Shown: piece after piece, positions 38,331-53,452 of the stretch
Position numbering within the stretch: position 1 is the first letter of the stretch
How the letters are laid out: every line of letters begins with the position of its first letter
DNA from: Octopus sinensis
Taxonomy: Eukaryota
DNA: 62,135 nt
Direction of reading: 5' to 3'
Assembly (NCBI RefSeq): GCF_006345805.1
Contig: NW_021832405.1
Location: 1 to 62,135 of the forward strand
Notes under the pieces: generated by a model
The model's database searches: none
The model's input: the letters and a program-made list of their open reading frames with translations, nothing else
Told to the model about the DNA's origin: nothing
Made by a program: the position numbers and the translations under genes

Positions 38331-38678
38331 TCTTTGCTCACAACATCATAAGCGGAAAGTGTAACCTCTCGAATGAGCTGTTCTTCACTCCTGCTCCAGA
38401 GCGTCGGCTGCGGGGGTCACTCCGAAAAGCTCTATCTGCGACGATTTCATCTCAATCGAAGGAGAGGGGCTTTCTCCGTCCGGGTTGCGGATCTGTGGAA
38501 TAAGCTGCCGGACGAGATAGTGAAGATGCCGACGAACGCTCGGTTCAAGGTCTCTGTTGACCAGAAATGGCCTGAACCCTTTGCATGAACACTACCCTGT
38601 ACATAACTCCATGTCCCCCTACATAGCCTTGCTTTTTGCTTTTTGAGCCAAAAAATTAACTTAACTTAACTTAACTTA
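38331..38678 (+). mobile_element. CR1-clade LINE 3' end with (TAACT)n tail
   Basis: RRLRGHSEKLYLRRFHLNRRRGAFSVRVADLWNKLPDEIV..FKVSVDQKW (typical CR1 ORF2 C-terminus), followed by a 3'UTR and TTAAC repeats. Confidence 0.85.
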
Positions 38679-39197
38679 TTGTAAGGCCAATGTAAATAGC
38701 CGGGTCGGAAGAAAAGGTGGAAGCGTTTTACAAAACTGCATGCATACTCTAAGTTCAAGCGGAATAACTAAGCGACGCCACAGGTCGAGAATAACCAGTT
38801 GAATATCGTTGGTATGGATAATGAAATGAGAACGATATACCCTCATGGATTTAATAAAAGGTTCAGTTTGAAATATCAGGAAGGTTACCAAATACGCTAG
38901 AAAAACGAAGAAGGTCGGAGCATACAACAATGGAAACGTTGCGATTTTAACATCCAGTCCGAGTATATCAGTGTGTAACAATGGTAATTCTTCATCGCAG
39001 ACATTAAGACAATACACTCACACACACCGGTGTGTGTGTGTTTGTGTGTGTGTTTCTGTGTGTTTTTGTGTGTATATACGTATGTATGCTCTTGCGTCAG
39101 TTTTCTTTTAAATTAGATGTTAACACTTTTTGGAGCTTAGTAGACAATTAGCTGTGTATAGAACATCAACAAGGAAAGGTAATTTCTGTGGGTGTGA

Positions 39198-39311
<114 letters not shown>

Positions 39312-40620
39312 TATATACATACATATATATATATATGTATCATGTGTGCATGTATACATATATATATGTATACTTACATACGTATATGTATTATGTATGT
39401 ATATCTATATACTTGCATACACAAAGAGAGAGAGAGAGAGAGAACGAAAGAGAAGAGAGAGAGAGAGAGAGAGAGAGTTATAGACAGACAGACAGAATTA
39501 TTAGTCAAGTAACTGTAGCTGACAAAAGCTGTATTAAACTATAAAAAAAACGTGTGAATTATTTCATTCTTCTCCAATTCCGTACCATACATTAGTTGTG
39601 CCAAGATAAATATTTTGCTCTACATTCCTTACAAGGTACTAAACTTTATTGCAATTTAAATAGAAGAAAAGATTCTGTTCCATTATATTTCTCAACATTC
39701 TTTTCATTGCAGACCAAATTCTATACGTTTTGGTTGTTATCTGCTAGAATCACAGAAATGCTAACTTTCTTTAAATGTTTATTTTATTTGATCTTTAAAA
39801 GCATAATATAAAATAAAACGAATGAAAAAACAAAAAAAAAATGTTTGAAGCTGCGAAGACAGAGATGATTTTGTGGATTAAAATACAAATAGGCAGCCAC
39901 TATAGACATGTTTTAATTTTAGAACTTCAGTATCTAGATTGAAATTGAGAATCGCAACTAAGGCGTCGATTGGCGGACATTTTGTTTACGTCGTTATCGG
40001 AGATGTACTCCGTGATGTGGTTAAAATACACTGCTACTGTACCTGATTATAATTATGCGCCATTAGTAATTATTGTTCATTTAAGACAAAGAGGCACTGC
40101 ATTATTAATGTCTTCTTACTCTTCAGTAATGTGTTCAAATACTTCTATATACCTGGGGAACACGATAAAAATCTTTTAGACTGGTTGTTTCAACAAAGCA
40201 ATTCGATATAACACTTCCCATTACAAATGGCTACGTTACTGCTTTGTATGACGTCCTTCGCTTCTACAAACACACATAAGTCTACAAACGTGCAGTCTAC
40301 ATTTTCTGCTTTTTTGTACTCTTACTACTATGTCAGCGACTTCTCGGAGCTAGTTGATCCTGCAACATCTATTTAGACACTTACGAGTCACTTGCCTCTT
40401 CTCATATCAAAACCTGTATTGAATCCGCCTTCAAACACCCACACTAACCTCTATTACCTGTCTCCTCCCCTATTAGACACTTTATCATTTAAGAATTTTT
40501 TCTCTAACCTTTTTTCTTGCAGCAATCAACTTGTAAGTATTCAGCAGTAATATTACCCATCAGTATTATTTTGTAAACTTTCACAAATATAAACGCCTTA
40601 GCATTCATTTTATGCATGCT

Positions 40621-40915
40621 TGTATGTATGTATGTATGTATGTATGTATGTATGTATGTATGTATGTATGTATGTATGTATGTATGTATGTATGTATGTA
40701 TGGGTGTGTGTATATCCATATGTATACAATATTTATGTATATCTATAAGCGTGCATTTTTATATATATGTATGTATAAAAATAGATATGTACATTCACAA
40801 ATATACATACATATTTGCATATATATCTAATATATAAATAAATATATGTGCGTATATGTATGTACGTATATATGTACATGTGTGTATGTATATGTATGTA
40901 TATATGTATTTATAT

Positions 40916-40958
<43 letters not shown>

Positions 40959-41117
40959 GTATAAATATATACATACATGCAGGCATATGTATATATATAT
41001 GTATATATATATATATCATATACATACATATACATATATATATATATAAATATATATCCATATACATACATATATATACATACATATAATATATATATAT
41101 ATATATAGATATATATA

Positions 41118-41151
<34 letters not shown>

Positions 41152-41810
41152 CCATATACATACATATACATATATATATTTGCGTTTATACGTGAGACTC
41201 CATGTTTGAATTACTTTTCTTCATTTTGTGGTATAAAAACAATAGTGCTCAATGTGTCCCCAGGTTAGTGTTGTGTAGAATCTGATCTATATGAATCACA
41301 CGTAACTATCTTATTTACTGTACGTATGACAAAAACATACACATAGATACACGTGTACACACTTGCACAAATTTGCACACACATACATTAAACGAGACAA
41401 TTTTGAGTCAATATGTGTCTCCTGACAAAATTAAGCAAATTATGTAAATTTTACATGAAATTGGAAGGAAATTGTAAAGCAAAAATGCTATTATGTGTAC
41501 GAAGTGTTATATTACAGCACCAGAGAACACAGAATTGTTCAATACCTTTTGACTGGTGCCATAAAAAAAAAATTTCTGTTGTTGGCAGCAAGTCAAAAGA
41601 ATACTTTTTATCCATATTTCATTCTCGCCAGAGAATTAAAGATAGAAATCTGTATGGAAAATCAATACTGAAAGTACATTTTCGCTCTGAAAGAAGTTTT
41701 TTTTCCCTTCTATCCATTTACTTAAAGATTACGCGTGCGCGCGCACACACACACACTACTAGAGATATACAAATAAATACACTTATTCATAGAAACATAT
41801 ATACACCTTT

Positions 41811-41842
<32 letters not shown>

Positions 41843-42098
41843 TGTATTATGTATGTATGTATGTATGTATGTTATGGGTGTGTGTATATCCATATGTATA
41901 CAATATTTATGTATATCTATAAGCGTGCATTTTTATATATATGTATGTATAAAAATAGATATGTACATTCACAAATATACATACATATTTGCATATATAT
42001 CTATATATATAAATAAATATATGTGCGTATATGTATGTACGTATATATGTACATGTGTGTATGTATATGTATGTATATATGTATTTATATATATATAT

Positions 42099-42130
<32 letters not shown>

Positions 42131-42301
42131 GTATATGTATAAATATATACATACATGCAGGCATATGTATATATATATGTATATATATATATATCCATAT
42201 ACATACATATAATATATATATATATATTATATATATATATATCCATATACATACATATATATGTACATACATATATATATATATCTATAATATATATATA
42301 T

Positions 42302-42382
<81 letters not shown>

Positions 42383-43012
42383 GCGTTTATACGTGAGACT
42401 CCATGTTTGAATTACTTTTGTTCATTTTGTGGTATAAAAACAATAGTGCTCAATGTGTCCCCAGGTTAGTGTTGTGTAGAATCTGATCTATATGAATCAC
42501 ACGTAACTATCTTATTTACTGTACGTATGACAAAAACATACACATAGATACACGTGTACACACTTGCACAAATTTGCACACACATACATTAAACGAGACA
42601 ATTTTGAGTCAATATGTGTCTCCTGACAAAATTAAGCAAATTATGTAAATTTTACATGAAATTGGAAGGAAATTGTAAAGCAAAAATGCTATTATGTGTA
42701 CGAAGTGTTATATTACAGCACCAGAGAACACAGAATTGTTTCAATACCTTTTGACTGGTGCCATTAAAAAAAAATTTCTGTTGTTGGCAGCAAGTCAAAA
42801 GAATACTTTTTATCCATATTTCATTCTCGCCAGAGAATTAAAGATAGAAATCTGTATGGAAAATCAATACTGAAAGTACATTTTCGCTCTGAAAGAAGTT
42901 TTTTTTCCCTTCTATCCATTTACTTAAAGATTACGCGTGCGCGCGCACACACACACACTACTAGAGATATACAAATAAATACACTTATTCATAGAAACAT
43001 ATATACACCTTT

Positions 43013-43044
<32 letters not shown>

Positions 43045-43080
43045 TGTATGTATGTATGTATGTATGTATGTATGTATGTA
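40621..43080. repeat. Direct tandem duplication, two ~1.2-kb units bounded by (TATG)n
   Basis: 41181-41815 recurs at 42381-43015 and 40701-41000 recurs at ~41875-42180; only a few differences in the unique part. Confidence 0.93.
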
Positions 43081-43107
43081 TGTACGTATATATGTATATA
43101 TATATAT

Positions 43108-43139
<32 letters not shown>

Positions 43140-43168
43140 GCATATATATATACATATACATGTATATA

Positions 43169-43262
<94 letters not shown>

Positions 43263-43323
43263 GTAAACCTAGTTATGCAAATATGCACCTAGTTAGTCAA
43301 ATATGTATATTAATATATGTAAT

Positions 43324-43411
<88 letters not shown>

Positions 43412-43539
43412 CATCTATCTACCTATCATCTACCTACCTAAACACCCGCCTATCTCTCTCTCTCTAACAGAAAACCGTATAAATCTTGTATAAATCGAAC
43501 AAATAATTTAATATACATATATGTGCATGCATGTGTGTG

Positions 43540-43596
<57 letters not shown>

Positions 43597-44030
43597 TGAG
43601 AGAGAAAGAACTGTACACACACATACACACACACACACATATATATAACAGTACATACATTTATACACACATGCGCGCGCATACACATATGCATACATAT
43701 ATATGCAGGAAAAATACTAGAATGAATACAAAATAAAATGGATATTAATCTAGATGTCAATGTTGGGAATGATGTGATTTGGGTTTTGAAATTTTGCGCA
43801 GTTTTCTTTCTTATATCGAAGCCAACATTGAAATCTTCCATCGCACTCTCTATTTCTTTCACTTCTCTCCTTATTAGTTATGTTTCTCTGTCTGTCTGTC
43901 TGTCTCTTTTCCCCTCTCTCTCTCTCTCTCTCTCTCTTTCACTCACTATTGTTCACAATGAGCAGGAGAGATAGCTTCCCATTTCAGTTATTGGTAAAGG
44001 TGGAAACATATTGTTAGAGACGAGTGTTTG

Positions 44031-44079
<49 letters not shown>

Positions 44080-45191
44080 ATTGTTGTTGATCATCTTAAA
44101 TCATGTAGATCTATGATTAAGTCGGTTTTGTCGTAACTTTTTAAAATTTCAGGGATTAAATTTTAGGGATTAAATTTCTTCAATGTGCGCTGTCTTGTTT
44201 TTTTTTCATGCAATTCAGTGTGATTTGAGAGCCTGGCCGTTACGTCTAGCATTTCCACTGACAAAAGTGAGGCATCCGAATTGGTTGTCAGATGATGCGA
44301 GTGATTTTGGCAGTATTTGTGACTGATGTTTGTGACTGAAGACGGATGTTGATGTTTGTGACTGAAGAGTGTTTGGGTGTGATTTTTGCAGGAAGTAAGT
44401 ATTATCATATAATCGATGTGATTATCAGTACAAAGTCAGGAAACTGATGATGGTGTACGTCGACAATAATCGTGCACGAAATTTCGTAGAATGTTGATAA
44501 TATTTAGTATAAAACCAATATTTTTGTATAAAAATCCATTGTCATTTTACTAGAGACGTATTAAAATCAATTTCTTTCTATTTCTCTATGAATTATAAAT
44601 ATTTCTTCTTGTAAGAATCGTGGTGTGTCAGGAATAGCTTTACGATTCGGTTCCATTCTTACTCGCTACCTAAAGTCACGCCAATAACAGCTTTATCTTC
44701 CTCTAATCTCTGTTGAGAAATTAAGACTTTTCGTACCTCGCGGCAATTGGATTTCTTGAAACCTAACAAACTCTCCTAAAAGTGAAGCAAGACATAAATT
44801 CATTTTCATTCGTATATTTTATTTAATTTTATTCATGTGAACAAACAGCATCGCTGGTTACAGACTTTTCAGCGAACCAATCATTGGTTTACTGTATTTA
44901 CTTTGACAAGAGACATACAGATGGATCTTATAAATTCAAGTGGAACAAATATCGCATAGAATTTCCATTGGATGGCACGAGTTAATCTATTTATTTTCTT
45001 CGTCGATGGTTACAACTCTCATCAATATACATCATTGAATGGTACATATATGTAGAGATACATACATGGGTTATGTATTCATAACCTTCGTATCTGTAAG
45101 GTAATCGTTTCTGGTAATCTCAAGGTTTTTATTAATTTTATTTCATGATCTACTGTAACTTGCATAATAATTGTCGTTAATTATATTACAT

Positions 45192-45610
45192 AAGATGGCG
45201 AGCTGGCAGAAACGTTAGCACGCCGGGCGAAATGCGTAGCCGTATTTTGTCTGCCGCTACGTACTGAGTTCGAATTCCGCCGAGGTCGACTTTGCCTTTC
45301 ATCCTTTCGGGGTCGATAAATTAAGTACCAGTTACGCACTGGGGTCGATATAATCGACTTAATCCTTCAGTCTGTCCTTGTTCGTCCCTTCAGTGTTTAG
45401 CCCCTTGTGGCAGTAAAGAAATAGGTATTTCGTCTGTCTTTACGTTCTGAGTTCAAATTCCGCCGAGGTCGACTTTGCCTTTCATCCTTTCGGGGTCGAT
45501 AAATTAAGTTCCAGTTACGCACTGGGGTCGATATAATCGACTTAATCCGTTTGTCTGTCCTTGTTTGTCCCTTCTGTGTTTAGCCCTTTGTGGGTAGCAA
45601 AGAAATAGGT
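45192..45610 (+). mobile_element. SINE family B head-to-tail dimer (full monomer plus 5'-truncated monomer) within one TSD
   Basis: TSD TAATTATATTACAT at 45178-45191 and 45611-45624; second monomer starts at ~45427. Confidence 0.88.
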
Positions 45611-45849
45611 TAATTATATTACATGCAATTATAATAACATTATCACTTATTGATTTGTTTGCAATATTGTTTCGTCTATAAGGTTGAGTTAAACGGTTAT
45701 TTTGTTTTCTTACGTGTATAATTTGCACTAAATTTAGAGTTGTTTCTATTAGAGGATGTAATATATTGAATCTTATCCCTCAAATCATTTTTCGACAGAG
45801 AACCAGAATTTGAGTTAAATATTTCTACGTTGGATATTCAGATATACAC

Positions 45850-46527
<678 letters not shown>

Positions 46528-46747
46528 TTTGTAAATTATTCAAATGTATAAAACACCAAAAGAAAATCGGAAGTAGTATTATGTTTGATATATGACTGGA
46601 ATTTGCATATACATGGAATAACATGGAGTTCTAAGCATTGGTTAACCGTTATAGCAATTCGAAATTCTTCAAATCCCCCACCAGCACACATATAAATTCT
46701 CACGCACAAACAAGCATGTACACACACACACATACGCACGCGCGCAC

Positions 46748-46794
<47 letters not shown>

Positions 46795-47217
46795 CGCACG
46801 TTAAACTATTTTTATAGTTTGTTTCTGAATTAATTATTAAATTAAATATAATGCTTTGAAATATCTGACGATAGCTTTAAGTTTCGAATATAACTGGTGA
46901 CCTGAAGAATTTTAAATTAAAGCTTTGCTTGTAGTGGGGGGGGATGTTGTTTGGTGATAGCGGTTGGTGATGGTATCGATGGTAGTGATGATGGTAGCTA
47001 TAATGTAGTGATGGAATTGGCGGTGATGATAGTGGTGTTAGTGGTTGTCTTGGTGTTGGTGATGTGGTGATGACGGTGGCGATAATGTGGTGGTGGTGGT
47101 GGTGGTGGTGGATGAGGTGTGATTATGGGGTAATATCCATGGTAGAGGTAGGCTGTTGCTGATGGTGGGAATCACAGAGGAAACGGTAATGATGACTGTG
47201 ATATATAATAATACAAA

Positions 47218-47465
47218 TGTTCCGTCTCGAGCCATGCCAGGCTAATAAGGGCCGTTTTCCAGGTTTCAGTGGCGTAGAAATTCCCCACCTGGACGGGACG
47301 CCGGTCCATCGCAGCGTTACTCATTTTTGCCAGCTGAGTGGACTGGAGCAACGTGAAATGAAGTGTTTTGCTCAAGAACACAACGCATCGCCCGGTCCAG
47401 GAATCGAAACCAAAACCTTACGGTCATGAGTTCAACACCCTAACCACTAAGCCACGCGCATCCAC
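47218..47465 (-). mobile_element. SINE family C with family-D-like tail
   Basis: Head and middle match 36436-36696; terminal GGCCCTTATTAGCCTGGCATGGCTCGAGACGGAACA matches the tail of 24535-24833. Confidence 0.8.
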
Positions 47466-48409
47466 AACGACTGTGATGGTGATTGTTGTGGTGATGGTAG
47501 AGATGGTGGACATGATAGTGGTAGTTTTTGTTGTGTTTTATTAAAGAATGTCACCCATGAATTTTCAAATATTAGTCATATAAAGCTGACAACCTTCCAC
47601 TGAATTTTCGTCCTAAGTAGTATTTAACGCTGAATTTTCTCGAAAGATTGGCCTCGACTAGCATAATGGATGGGATATATTCTTGGCCAGATGAAAACTC
47701 TTCTATGTTTTAATTCCTGGTTGAAGCAGATTTATTGAAAATAAAGTAGATTATTAAAAATACCCAAATTCCCAATATTCCACTCTCCTTTGATTTATGA
47801 GCTTTCTGATTGTAAGAATCAATACCCTTTCTAATATCATTTAAGTTTAAATTTTAGCTGTTTATTTCTAAATTTATTCTCGTGTTTTTTTCGTTAGGTA
47901 GTAAACTGGAGTAAGATATACCGCCATGTTGTGAATTGGATTACAGCTGTTTACAACAGTGAATCCCAACAGTAGCGACAGCCGTCCAAGAATTTAGACC
48001 TGGAGATCTCCATTTCCAGCGACTTCGAGGGCCACCTCCCAGTGGTGTCGGGCGTCAACGAAGAGCCCTCGACTACAACAAGACGACCAAAGTTTTTTTT
48101 TCCCAAGGTCTGGGGTCTCCCGCTCCTAAGCCCTAGACCATCACCTAATCACCCTTATCCGTCTTGTTGCTTAACAACAACGGCAGCAACGACAGAAACA
48201 ACAACAACGATCATCATGACAACCATCGCCTTGATGTAAAAACCCCCCATCATTTTGAGGTATAATTCATCATAGTAAACATCTGAATCTTCGTACAATT
48301 CACGAGTATATCGCTGTTGTCGCAGTTGTTATTTATTATTCATCAACTCCAAATCAGCGCTGGTTAATCTATGACCAAAGGTACTATTGACGCAGTCATA
48401 ATATTGGTT

Positions 48410-48582
48410 TTAAATTTTGACACATGGCCAGCAATTTCGGGGAGAGGGCAGTCGTAAACATCGACCTCAGTAGGATGAAAGGCAGAGTCGACTTCGGTGG
48501 AATTTGAACTCAGAACGTAAGGACAGACTAAATGCCACTAAGCATTTTGCCTGACGTGCCAACGATTCTGCCAGCTCACTGC
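48410..48582 (-). mobile_element. SINE family B variant, internally deleted
   Basis: Head GGCAGTGAGCTGGCAGAATCGTTGGCACG and box B GAGTTCAAATTCC on the minus strand. Confidence 0.7.
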
Positions 48583-48697
48583 CTTAATAATAATAATAAT
48601 AATAATAATGATAATAATAATAATAATAATAATAAAAATAATAATAATAATAGTAATAGTAATAGTAATAGTAATAATAATAATAGTAATAATAATA

Positions 48698-49254
48698 AAT
48701 GCCCGGATGCAGTACCAGGCAGTGGCTCTCATGGCTTCTGATCTTAACTGATTGGAAGTGTTATCATGTACATTGCTTTGTCTTGCTACAAAAGATGGGC
48801 TACAGCAAATATTCTGCTCAATACCACAGATTTGCTTGTCAGTTGTTTGACCTTAAATAGCCGAGCATGTCCCTTGGTGGCTGACGATGTGTGCATCTCT
48901 GATCACGAGCAGAAGTAGTGGGGGAGCATCATAGCCATGTGTTGAGAGGGATTCTTTGGGGTTTGAATAATTCACCTCTGGAAACATGGGTGTTTCGTTC
49001 AACATCCTTAAACAACCCTTATTCAGGGACCTTTCGAGTGGGATGGGTTACTCAACCTGAAGAAAATTCCAACTGGGCCCTACCTGCAAGGTCATGTGCT
49101 GTTTATCTTGATATGAGATCACCATGTCGCGCACATATGGTTGTGATGCATGTGCTTGGTGTACCCTTATCATACGGGTAGTCATGATGGGTATACTGGG
49201 CTTCGTATATTTTAACCCAGTGTCACTTTGATGGCATGCACTGCTCTCTCACTC
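48698..49254 (+). mobile_element. ~560-bp non-coding element inserted within (AAT)n
   Basis: Flanked on both sides by (AAT)n; partial second copy at 3385-3513; no recognisable ORF. Confidence 0.7.
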
Positions 49255-49270
49255 AATAATAATAATAATA

Positions 49271-49316
<46 letters not shown>

Positions 49317-49318
<2 letters not shown>

Positions 49319-51140
49319 CACCTACATGATCCTCACATCCGTATTAACTGACAGAATATACGCCTTCCTTCAACATATATCTATCCTCTCACAACCTCAA
49401 AAAAGCTGTAAAAGAAATTCTTATGGGTGCAAAGACCAATTACTCATAAGTAAAATGATGGTAGAGAATTGCCAGAGAAAAAAGAACCTGAGTATGGCAT
49501 GGATAGACTACAGGAAAGCGTTTGATAGTGTCCTACATAACTGGATACTCAAGGCCCTTGAAATATACAAGATCTCTCCTGTCATCTCCAAATTCTTACA
49601 AGGTAGTATGGCCAAGTGGAACATGTCTCCTTCTAAACCATAGTAATGGGATGGGCCAAACTAACAACATCAACATCAAACAAGGTGTCTTTCAAGGTGA
49701 ATCCCTCTACCCATTACTATTTTGCATGGCTCTCATCCCACTCTCAAACGAACTAAATAACACCAGGAATGGGTTCAAAGTTTACAATACGACAATAACA
49801 CATCTATTTTATTTGGACGACCTGAAGCTCTTTGCTAGAAATGAATGAGAGCCAAGTAGGGCTGCTAACAACTGTTAAAGAATTCAGCAATGACATCGGG
49901 ATGGACTTTGGCCTTGGTAAGTATGCTAAAGCAACTTTTGTTAGAGGCAAGCTCAGGCAAACAGCTTCCATTAAATTAGATACCGACACTACCTTCAAGG
50001 AGCTTGACCCACAAGAAAATTACAAATAGCTGGGGATAATAAAATGAGATGGTATACAACACGATACCATGAAGGAAAAAATAAGAAAAGAATATTACAG
50101 GAGAATAGGACTCCTGCTAAAAACTTGACTCAACTCTAAAAGTCGCATCGAAGCCATTAACACCCTGGCACTTCCAGTAGTCCAATATAGTTTTAACATC
50201 ATTAACTGGAATCTTACAGAGCTCCTATATCTGGACAGGAAGACAAGAAAACTACTAATTTCTAAGAACATGTACCACACAAAAGCAGATGTTGATCGTC
50301 TGTACCTACTTAGAAATAATAGGGGAAGAGGAATGAAGCAGGGAGAACTGTGCTATAAGACCTCCACAGTAGCAATGGACAAGTACTTATCTAATACAGA
50401 GGAATGGACACTGCGACTTGTGTGCAAACACGAAAGCAGCAAAAAAAAAAAAAAATTCTATTGTCAAGGAAGCTTGCAAATTCGCCAGGGGACTCAGCAT
50501 TTAACTCTGAAATAGTTGAAGAACCTGAATCAACTGTCACAAAACAAGCAAAATGGATGAAGCAGGCTTCAAAAATAAAATAAAATAAAAGAATGAGCTG
50601 AAACAAGTTGAGGAGCGATGGAGCCTGAAGCCTCTGCATGGACAGTATATACTTCAAAGTCGAAATGCTGATGTAGATCAAGAAAAACCCATCAGTGGCT
50701 GAGAAGTTAAGGACTGAAATCAGAGACTGAAGGTTTCATACTGGCGGCACAAGACAACAAAAAACTACCAGGCTAACGTTCTTCAAAACGATTCTGACCC
50801 TAAACGCAGATTCTGCGACACATTTGACGAAACATTAAAACCAACTCGTCTCAGGATGTTCTGTGCTGACACCAAACGAATACAAAAATCGCCACGATAG
50901 GATAGGACAGTATTTACATTGGAAATTATGTACACATTACAAAATCAGTACACCTGCTTACTGATATGAACATCATCCTGAGCCAGTCGTTGAAGGTAAA
51001 AATGTTACTATCCTCTGGAATTTTCCAATCAATACTGACAGAACGATCAAGGCTAATCGACCAGATAAGGTCATTAAAGATAGGGAAGAAAATACTAGTC
51101 GACTAATAGATGTGTTCACACTGACAAAATTATATCTGTT
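49317..51140 (+). mobile_element. Third R4/Dong-like element, truncated at both ends, many stops
   Basis: NSYGCKDQLLI, AWIDYRKAFDS, GVFQGESL.PL, HLFYLDDLKLF, HTKADVDRLYL, CRFCDT, DRTIKANRPD; directly follows (AAT)n. Confidence 0.9.
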
Positions 51141-51749
51141 TATATTACATTAATGTTTGATTGTAGCACACATCATCAATTATAAGTGTCAAATATCACA
51201 ATATGTGTCTTTCATTTTTAGGATGTATAATCCGCGATTAAAAAGCAAACTGTAACCTTGTACATCGGGCCTACACTCACTTCTTTCTGACGTCATAACT
51301 AGTCGTTAAATGTCAAGTAATTTTTCATTAACCAACCAGTTTAAATTCTACATTAAACTCTTGAACAACTACTTCTCGTGCTGCAAGCATTGTATATCAT
51401 CTGGTTATCCATCTCTCCCTTCCTCTCTCTCTGTGAGTGTGTGAACGTATGACTCGTGTGTTGTGTTATAACGGTTGTGGCGCGCGTGCGATTTTGTACA
51501 CGTCTGTGATGTGTATGCGATAGTAGTGAACTTGCATGGTAATGGTGTGCTTATGTGCTTTAGTAGCTGTGTGATGTGTGTGTAGGTCTGTGATTGTGTG
51601 ATTGAGTAGGTAGATGTACGGTTCCAATGATGAAAACTTCGGATGATAGTGGCGGACAGATTGTATAGATGCGGAGGTGTTGATGGTGGGAGTGGCTGAG
51701 ATAGCGGTGTTCATTGCGGTGTTGGTGTGGATTTAGTGGGAGTTAAAAT

Positions 51750-52014
51750 AAGAGAGAGAAAGAGAGAGAGAGAGAGAGGAAGTAAGGGAGAGAGCAAGCG
51801 GAAGAGAGAGAGAGCAGGGAGAGAGAGAGAGCAAGGGAGAGAGAAAGAGGAAAACAAGAGAGAAAGAGGAAGAGAGGGAGAGATCAAGAGGAAGAGAGAG
51901 CAAGGGAGAAAGCAAGAGAGAGAGGAGGAGAGGAAGAGAGCAAGGGAAAGAGCAAGAGAGAAGAGAGAGAGGAAGAGAGCAAGAGAGCAAGAGGAAGAGA
52001 GAGCAAAGGAGAGA

Positions 52015-52050
<36 letters not shown>
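51750..52050. repeat. Purine-rich (GA) low-complexity tract
   Basis: Directly visible. Confidence 0.9.
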
Positions 52051-52051
<1 letters not shown>

Positions 52052-52644
52052 GGAGGTGTAAATAAATGTGGTTCTGATGATGGTGGTAGGAGTCGAGCAA
52101 CGAAAGATGAAAGAAATATAACAAAGGTGAAAAAGAAGAAAGGTAATGGCGAATGAAAATAGCCAGACATAAGATAGGGAAGGAGAAGAAGAAGGAGGAG
52201 GAGGTGAAGAATGACTAAATTTGGTGATGGTGGGAGGAGGAATATATGTGTGTGTGTGTGTGTGTATGTGAGAGAGAGGGAGAGGGAGAAAGAGAAGTTA
52301 CAGGAATAAGAGGAAAGAAGGAAGTATTAAGAAGTGTGAACTACGTATGTGGCGGGATTGACAAAGATGGAGATGGGAGAGTGAAGTAACAGTAAAAAAA
52401 CGGGTGGGATATGTAAGTGTGAGTGTGCATGTGTGTGAGTGTGCATGTGTGTGTGTGTGTGCGCGTGTGTGTGAGTGTGTGATGTTGAATATGTGTTGAA
52501 TATTTGGTGAACTGGATAAACAAAAATAGATGGATTGGATTGGTAGGTGGGTAAGTTGATAAGATACACATTCTGAAACGCAAGAATTTACCAAGACAAA
52601 GACACATACTCTCATACACCACTACCCTGCATATACACTCACAC

Positions 52645-52683
<39 letters not shown>

Positions 52684-52845
52684 CACAACACACACACACA
52701 CACACACACAGATAAATATTCACGAGTAGACAGCAACAACTGATGAAGGGTCGTTTTTTTGTGTTACTTGCCCCGTTTTCCATTTTTTCTCTCGTTGTTT
52801 GCACATTTAACTCGTTTGTTTTCCTACTTCATGTTGTTTACAGCT

Positions 52846-53452
<607 letters not shown>

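Noticed and set aside
38676-39017. 113-aa hydrophobic ORF
   Set aside because: No motif, homology or splice context I can support.
43700-43862. Protein-like stretch EIESAMEDFNVGFDIRKK
   Set aside because: Preceded by a purine microsatellite with no acceptor, runs into simple repeats, and has no recognisable family.
44444-44492. CTGATGA...GAAA hammerhead-like string with a 7-bp hairpin
   Set aside because: No stem I can be formed and there are two extra bases after the core.
48898-48930. Two short U1-snRNA-like words (TGATCACGA, GTAGTGGGGGA)
   Set aside because: They are only ~7 nt apart versus ~100 nt in U1, with no other U1 features; likely chance.
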